NCBI GenBank assembly: GCA_964452145.1
Contig: CAYVLA010000099.1
Coordinates: forward strand, 1-12,075
DNA: 12,075 nucleotides
Direction: 5' to 3'
Origin: Candidatus Hadarchaeota archaeon
GTDB taxonomy: Archaea; CAYQAE01; CAYVLA01
Below, in pieces: positions 7,075 through 12,075 of this stretch. Below the pieces are notes generated by a model. It saw only the letters and a program-made list of their open reading frames with translations. It had not been told where the DNA came from and did no database searches. A program made the translations under genes and the position numbers. Within the stretch, counting starts at the first letter, position 1; the number at the start of each line of letters is the position of its first letter.

Positions 7075-9171
7075 ATGCCTCCTCCGAATCACGTCGCACT
7101 TGTTGCCGGCTCACGGGCCACGATGATGGCCATGGTGGCCCTTATGACCTGTGCTTTTCCGGTGGTTGCTGCATCCGGACTGCTGACGCGAACCCACCTC
7201 GCAGATCTGTACCAAGGTCTGTCCGAGTCCAATCTCAGCATCGTCTACCCGATCCTCGGGCTGCCCGGCTTTGCGAGTCCAGGGACCGATCTGCAGGTCA
7301 GAGTGGTTGCCCGTGAAGAAGCGGGCGGGGCGTGGGGTGCGAGCATATCCACGTTCGGCCATGCGCGCACATTGGCTGTGGTCAACTCCACGTTCGAAGA
7401 TCCTTGGTGGCTCCTGAGTCTCGCGGTGCCCTCCGACACTCCTTGCGGGCTCTACGACCTGCAGGTCGGGAGGGGAGACACGTTCGATGTTGAGAGACAC
7501 GCCCTTGCCGTTGACTGGCCCAAGGAGCGGATCAGGATCGTCCACCTCACTGACATACACGCGGACCGCTATCTCAAGGCTTCACCCAGGCAGCGCGGCC
7601 TCATACTCCACACGGTAGACGTGGTCAATCTCATCAGGCCCGACCTGGTCGTCATCACGGGCGATTTTCAGGACCCCGGAGGCGAGGAGGAGATGTTGTT
7701 GTTCGCCCGGGAGATACTTCTGAATCTGCAAGTTCCGGCCTGTCTAACGCCGGGGAATCATGAGTTCAAGCAGGACAACGTTAGCTACTTCAGATTCCTC
7801 AACCCCTACCCCGACTACGCGTTCGATCTTGGTCCTGTCCGCATAGTATCGCTGGATCAGTACCAATCCAGGGCGCCCTCAAATGGCCAGCCGCCGCCGG
7901 GAAATCTGATAAAGGCTCAGTTGGAGTTCCTAGACGATATTCTTGCAGACAATCCGCTGAACATCAGCCTCATCCTCTTCCACGAGCCGGGGACCCCGGT
8001 CTTCCGACGCCCTGGTCCCATCCTTGGCCTCTGCGGTCACACCCACGATGCCGACGCTATGGAACTGCCCGGAGGGGGATTGCAGCTGGTGACGAGCATG
8101 GCAAGCCTTGGGATCAGGGTCATAGAATTCGCCCAGAATGTCATCATAACCTCGACCTACGATCCCGACGGACTGAGGACCGACCTCCAGGTCGCGGACC
8201 TGGGCATCCGGATCCTGCAGTCATGCAGACCAATCGGCACATACCAGAGCCTCACTATCCATAACGATCTGGGCGTCGGATTGGCCAACGTCTCCTGGGT
8301 CTTCAACCTGTCATCTCCAGCCGCAGGCTGGCTGACGTCGATACTGGGAGCGTCGCTGATCGGGAGTTCTTCTTCGACCGATCATACGGCCTACCTTGTC
8401 TGTTTTGACGTGCCGGATGAATCGGAGATTCGGGTGGAGTGCATCTCCATTGATCCGGACGCCCAGGATGGGATGGATCTGGTGAGGTCGGCGGTTGAAT
8501 CAGGGAGGCACGACCTGGATGCGATGGGTCTAATCATCCAAGGAGCGGGCGGTGACCCTGACGCGGTTCTTCGGACGAGTAAGAGAGGCTTGGACGACGC
8601 CCTTCGAGGGTTGGAGTCCGGAAACTTCGCCCTTGCTGCCCTGGGGCTACTCCGATCAGATGCCGCGAGGGCTCCCCTGGGCGACGTCGTCTCTGCGCTG
8701 GAGGACGCTCACACCGAACTCGATGAGCGCAGAAGAGCCGGGCTCGACGTGGCGGTTGTGGAGCCCTGGCTGATAAGGGCGCTTGATGCGTTGCAAGGAG
8801 GTGATATCCTGCTGGCAGAGGAACACCTTGCCCGGATCACATCCCTCCAGGAGGATGAGTGGATCCTCGCAAACGAGATAGGCGAGGCGCAGACACTCAT
8901 GGCGAAGGCCTCCGAATCCGGTCTGGATATGACCCAGCCGGGCTACCGACTTACCGCGATAACTAGGTACTACGATGAGGGCAGCTTCGCAAGGGCCAGG
9001 GATCAGCTTGACCGTCTTCGTGCCGCTTGGCCCGATGTCTTCAAGGTCGCCGACTCATGGTTCATCGGTGCCCTGTGTGCGTTGGTCGGCCTAGTTGCAT
9101 GGATCGGTAGGGCTAACCGTCAGGGCCCGATCGTAGCTCGCGCCTTGGGCGCAGGGCAACCATCCGGGTGA
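7075..9171 (+). CDS. Surface-anchored calcineurin-like metallophosphoesterase with N-terminal Ig-like domain, helical stalk repeats and C-terminal TM
   Basis: All five metallophosphoesterase motifs are present: HLTDIH, VITGDF, PGNHE, LFHEP, CGHTH. Signal peptide MMAMVALMTCAFPVVAA; PxDTPCGLYDLQV Ig-like strand; C-terminal VADSWFIGALCALVGLVAWIGRANR. The start is uncertain (ATG 7075 or 7123; TTG 7012 less likely). Confidence 0.88.
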   Translation: MPPPNHVALVAGSRATMMAMVALMTCAFPVVAASGLLTRTHLADLYQGLSESNLSIVYPILGLPGFASPGTDLQVRVVAREEAGGAWGASISTFGHARTLAVVNSTFEDPWWLLSLAVPSDTPCGLYDLQVGRGDTFDVERHALAVDWPKERIRIVHLTDIHADRYLKASPRQRGLILHTVDVVNLIRPDLVVITGDFQDPGGEEEMLLFAREILLNLQVPACLTPGNHEFKQDNVSYFRFLNPYPDYAFDLGPVRIVSLDQYQSRAPSNGQPPPGNLIKAQLEFLDDILADNPLNISLILFHEPGTPVFRRPGPILGLCGHTHDADAMELPGGGLQLVTSMASLGIRVIEFAQNVIITSTYDPDGLRTDLQVADLGIRILQSCRPIGTYQSLTIHNDLGVGLANVSWVFNLSSPAAGWLTSILGASLIGSSSSTDHTAYLVCFDVPDESEIRVECISIDPDAQDGMDLVRSAVESGRHDLDAMGLIIQGAGGDPDAVLRTSKRGLDDALRGLESGNFALAALGLLRSDAARAPLGDVVSALEDAHTELDERRRAGLDVAVVEPWLIRALDALQGGDILLAEEHLARITSLQEDEWILANEIGEAQTLMAKASESGLDMTQPGYRLTAITRYYDEGSFARARDQLDRLRAAWPDVFKVADSWFIGALCALVGLVAWIGRANRQGPIVARALGAGQPSG

Positions 9172-9622
9172 AGTCCGTGAACTGCTTCCTCGCCTCCTCC
9201 GATCCGTCGTACTTGGTGCCCATGAGCCTCATAAGGATGCGGGTGAGCCGCGGGTTCTTACGCTCATAGTCGAGGAACACCAAGTACCTCTCCTCGGGGG
9301 ACAGGAACCTCTGCTCGGGGACGTAGCATTTGTGGGTGGTGCGAACCTCCAGGGCCGGTCTGGCAACAAGGTCACGGTACCAGCTTGCGTTCTCACCATA
9401 GGCAGATACAACGATGCTCTCCTGGGTGGACGGATCATAGCTGGCGATCTCAAGAACCGTGTGGCGGATCCTGTCCGTCCTACGCCCTCTGTGGGTGAGC
9501 AGGAGGAACCTATGCCCAAGGAGCCATCCCAGACGGAGGCGGTACAAGTGGAGCGGAAGTCGGTAAAGAAGGAGGCGAAGCCCCTCGGGTTTGGGCGGCT
9601 GTGACCATGGCTGGAGCGTCAA
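9113..9622 (-). CDS. Deazaflavin (F420)-dependent nitroreductase/oxidoreductase, Ddn family (FDOR-A)
   Basis: YRLPLHLYRLRLGWLLGHRFLLLTHRGRRTDRIRHTVL...VVSAYGENASWYRDL...MVALRP is the Ddn pattern. Start placed at TTG 9622 (GGAAGG upstream), 169 aa. The 3' end overlaps the convergent phosphoesterase by 59 nt. Confidence 0.88.
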   Translation of the reverse strand: MTLQPWSQPPKPEGLRLLLYRLPLHLYRLRLGWLLGHRFLLLTHRGRRTDRIRHTVLEIASYDPSTQESIVVSAYGENASWYRDLVARPALEVRTTHKCYVPEQRFLSPEERYLVFLDYERKNPRLTRILMRLMGTKYDGSEEARKQFTDFTRMVALRPRRELRSGPDG

Positions 9623-9654
9623 GCGAACCTTCCGAATGATACGGATGGATCTTC

Positions 9655-9663
9655 CATATATAG
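9655..9663. promoter_or_regulatory. Candidate bidirectional TATA box
   Basis: CATATATAG is centred at 9659, 37 nt from TTG 9622 (minus) and 38 nt from GTG 9697 (plus). Confidence 0.55.
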
Positions 9664-9696
9664 CTGGGGGTCCCTCCAATCAAGAGGGTCGGTGCA

Positions 9697-10941
9697 GTGA
9701 CGGTCACAAGGGCCGAGAGGATGGGCATCGTGCTGCCGCCCACCCCAGGTGGATGGGACGGGAAGAGCACAGCTGGCCCCATTGTCTGGAAAGAGGAAGA
9801 GCGGTACCGGATGCTTTACCAGGGATGGCAGGACGGCGGGGGACCGAGGCTCCTGGGGCTGGCCTCAAGCCGAGATGGGCTGGAGTGGGAGAAGCTGGAC
9901 TGTAACCCCGTGATGACGCCGACCGCAGGGTCGTGGGACCAGAACGGGTTTGAGTGCGGGTCCCTGCTTAAGCTCGATGGGGAATACTGGCTGTATTACA
10001 GCGGGAAGGGGCCGGATGGCAGGTTGAGGGTGGGTCTGGCTTTCTCGGAGGATCTGGTGAAATGGTGCAAGTACGAGGGCAACCCGATCCTGGGCATCGA
10101 CCCGGCGAACCCTTGGGAATCAGGCGGGGTGGCCTTCCCTGCCGTGCTGAAAGGCAAGTCGGCATTCAGAATGATCTATGGGGGATACGGCCCCTCCTCC
10201 ATGCAGCTGGGGCTGGCGAGCTCGGAGAATGGAACGACCTGGATAAGGGAACCCTGCAACCCGGTATTCCGTCAGCGGGGATGGTTCGCCGATCCGAACT
10301 GTGATCACTGGGATGCCGGGGTGGAGGTCCATCAGGTCTTCATCTTGGGCGATTTCTTCGTGATGTTCTATGAAGGACTCGGCAATCATCCCCACAGGTA
10401 CAACATCGGGGCGGCTTACTCCCCGGATTGTAGAGCTTGGGCTCGAAGCCCCGAGAATCCCCTCTACCCTCTGACCTCTCCAAACGTCAAGCAGGACATG
10501 AGCACCGTTCATCCATGGCTGCTGGTGGACGATATGGTTCTTTACTACGCGGAGGTGTTGGGCACCAGCACCCATTCCCCGCATCGGATATGCGCGGCCC
10601 GCGTCGACCCAGGCATCATCAACCCCTCGGACCAGAAGGCCCTCAGCTATGCTCTTTGGGCAGAGAGGCGCATCGATCCGCCTGGAGATGTCACAGCCGC
10701 CGTGCCCTGCCAGCCCTTCCACAAGAAGACCTTCCACCTATTGAGCGATCAGGATGGACTGGTTCAGATCGAGATCGATCCGGCCGGACTGAATCGCTGG
10801 CAATGTCTCCACCAAGCCAGAACCCATGCACACAAGGCTTGGGCTTTCTCGCCAACACAGGCCTTCCAACGTGCCCGCCTGAGATACATCACGAATCGGA
10901 CATCCACCGTGTCTGCATGCCTAGCACTCGAAGGGATCTAG
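9697..10941 (+). CDS. Five-bladed beta-propeller glycosidase/phosphorylase (GH43/62/32/68/130-like superfamily) with extra ~100-aa C-terminal domain
   Basis: Repeated blade motif W(D/E)...P...(Y/F)xMxYxG...(L/I)GLAxSxDGxxWx(K/R)...NP(V/I) occurs four to five times. No signal peptide. Confidence 0.85.
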   Translation: MTVTRAERMGIVLPPTPGGWDGKSTAGPIVWKEEERYRMLYQGWQDGGGPRLLGLASSRDGLEWEKLDCNPVMTPTAGSWDQNGFECGSLLKLDGEYWLYYSGKGPDGRLRVGLAFSEDLVKWCKYEGNPILGIDPANPWESGGVAFPAVLKGKSAFRMIYGGYGPSSMQLGLASSENGTTWIREPCNPVFRQRGWFADPNCDHWDAGVEVHQVFILGDFFVMFYEGLGNHPHRYNIGAAYSPDCRAWARSPENPLYPLTSPNVKQDMSTVHPWLLVDDMVLYYAEVLGTSTHSPHRICAARVDPGIINPSDQKALSYALWAERRIDPPGDVTAAVPCQPFHKKTFHLLSDQDGLVQIEIDPAGLNRWQCLHQARTHAHKAWAFSPTQAFQRARLRYITNRTSTVSACLALEGI

Positions 10942-10972
10942 GCCCCGGTTGAGATGCCTGGGATTTCCCCGG

Positions 10973-11167
10973 CTAGGATTCCGTTCTGACGCCTTTCACA
11001 TCGTCCATGCCCTTCCTGGCGTAGATGCATCCCAGCGTCTTGTGATAGATCGGGCAGAGATCGGGGTGGTGTTGCTCGACATGGCCGCATGTGCAGGAGT
11101 AGCTGTTATCCGTCCGATTGTACCTCATCTGGATCTCGCCGCACGCGCGACACTTCGCCTTCTTCAA
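10973..11167 (-). CDS. Small Cys/His-rich zinc-ribbon-like protein (64 aa)
   Basis: CRAC-x15-CTCGH plus HH..C..H..C. The TTG start is preceded by GAGGTGA and overlaps the upstream TGA (TTGA). Confidence 0.75.
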   Translation of the reverse strand: MKKAKCRACGEIQMRYNRTDNSYSCTCGHVEQHHPDLCPIYHKTLGCIYARKGMDDVKGVRTES

Positions 11168-12075
11168 ACTGTCACCTCGCCGATCGGTTCGGCGGCGTCT
11201 GCCGCATCATCAGGCTGGCCAGGCTGATACCCCACCTTTTCAAGGTTCAGCATAGTTCCAGCCGGGTCGCCCCCGCTATTAGCTCTTACCACACAATCGA
11301 ATAGCTCCTGCAGGACGAAGCGCGTCGACTCGTCCTCGACAGCCGACGGGTTGAAGACGAACAGCGCGGTACACTTGTTCCTTCTGAGCAGATGGATCAT
11401 GTCGAGAATGGATGGGCAGACCTTGTCCACAGGCGAGGTCATCATGTAGGCCGAAAGAACGTCGACAAGTGCCCTCTTCTTTGGCGATCTCATGGACTCC
11501 AACGACCTTGAGACCGCGACGTTCACTACCGATAGGTCCACCGGGGAAACTATGATGTCTTCCCTCTCCTCCAAAACCGGAACCTCCCGAAGACGTGACG
11601 TGTAACAGTCGACGAATCTAAGTTCCACCGGGGCCTGGGCCAGATCCAAGCCTCTCCGGATTTCCTGGGGGGACCGGGTCGCTGAGACGACTAGGCAGCC
11701 GTCGCCCTGAGAGAGGCCCGCTGTGAGAAAGGCCCGGCCCATCTCTTCCCTCTCCCTGCTGGAGCCCATCAGCACCAGAGCCGCCACGCCCTCCTGCAGT
11801 CCCCCCTCCAGCATCTTGTCGAAGTCCTTCCTGCCCGTTGACACCTTGTTGGCAAGTCGCCCTCCTGCGAGATTGTGGTAGATGCCCTCCTCTATCAGGA
11901 AATCCAGGTAGTCTGACACGGTCTTACTGCACTTCGTGCGGATGACCTTGGTCAGCTCTGAATCGTCAGCAATGTTCCCCGTCTTCGCAAGATGCATTAT
12001 GAGTCCATCCAGAAGTGATGTCAGGGCATTGGCATCGATCTTGGATTCGCCGAGCCTGATGAGCGCCTCCTGGTC
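11164..12075 (-). CDS. RAD55/KaiC-like RecA-fold domain protein with degenerate Walker A; 5' end outside the window
   Basis: VSTGRKDFDKMLEGGLQEG, FLTAGLSQGDGCLVVS...SPQEIR, FVDCYT, SPVDLS, RALVDVLS, CTALF, LFDCVV. The frame stays open upstream of ATG 11997 to the edge (DQEALIRLGESKIDANALTSLLDGLIM...). Confidence 0.85.
   Translation of the reverse strand, partial: DQEALIRLGESKIDANALTSLLDGLIMHLAKTGNIADDSELTKVIRTKCSKTVSDYLDFLIEEGIYHNLAGGRLANKVSTGRKDFDKMLEGGLQEGVAALVLMGSSREREEMGRAFLTAGLSQGDGCLVVSATRSPQEIRRGLDLAQAPVELRFVDCYTSRLREVPVLEEREDIIVSPVDLSVVNVAVSRSLESMRSPKKRALVDVLSAYMMTSPVDKVCPSILDMIHLLRRNKCTALFVFNPSAVEDESTRFVLQELFDCVVRANSGGDPAGTMLNLEKVGYQPGQPDDAADAAEPIGEVTV

Noticed and set aside
9623..9679. 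Longer start for the Ddn gene at 9679
   Set aside because: It would span the TATA box and nearly abut the divergent gene; Ddn-like sequence begins after 9622.
10120..10952. ORFs 10120..10737 (-) and 10437..10952 (+), plus similar 60-170 aa ORFs nested in other genes
   Set aside because: Alternate-frame or antisense ORFs expected in GC-rich coding DNA, with no recognisable motifs.
11164..12075. Call as true circadian kaiC or radA/radB
   Set aside because: Only one RecA-fold domain is visible, it has no Walker A lysine, and there is no kaiA/kaiB context.
1..12075. CRISPR array, tRNA/rRNA, IS element, defence system
   Set aside because: No regularly spaced repeats, cloverleaf, transposase, nuclease or reverse transcriptase motifs were seen, and intergenic gaps are all short (at most about 260 bp).

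Overview
A gene-dense, roughly 60% GC window that looks archaeal. Evidence for this: TATA-like boxes about 25-38 nt before starts, GAGGTGA/GGAGG Shine-Dalgarno sites, a RAD55/KaiC-like gene and VPE-type C-terminal anchors. The lineage cannot be assigned from sequence alone. From left to right it holds: (1) the 5' part of a Cys-type sulfatase that the ORF track missed; (2) two convergent paralogs of a membrane-anchored GATase1-like (DUF1355-like) surface protein, whose C-terminal stalk/TM/tail is unusually conserved; (3) a large secreted beta-propeller + CBM-like protein split by a 1-nt frameshift; (4) a GHL10-like TIM-barrel glycosidase; (5) a surface-anchored metallophosphoesterase with helical stalk repeats; (6) an F420-dependent Ddn-family oxidoreductase; (7) a five-bladed beta-propeller glycosidase with an extra C-terminal domain; (8) a tiny Cys/His-rich protein translationally coupled to (9) a RAD55/KaiC-like protein lacking Walker A. 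No rRNA, tRNA, CRISPR array or transposase was seen. The best novelty candidates are the conserved 'KDxALxWVYxIEW...RRxxYREVxVTR' membrane module, a shared V-[PA]-[ED]-x-W + TM + basic sorting-like signal, and an apparent archaeal sulfated-glycan utilisation cluster. All family calls come from motif recognition by eye, not database searches.
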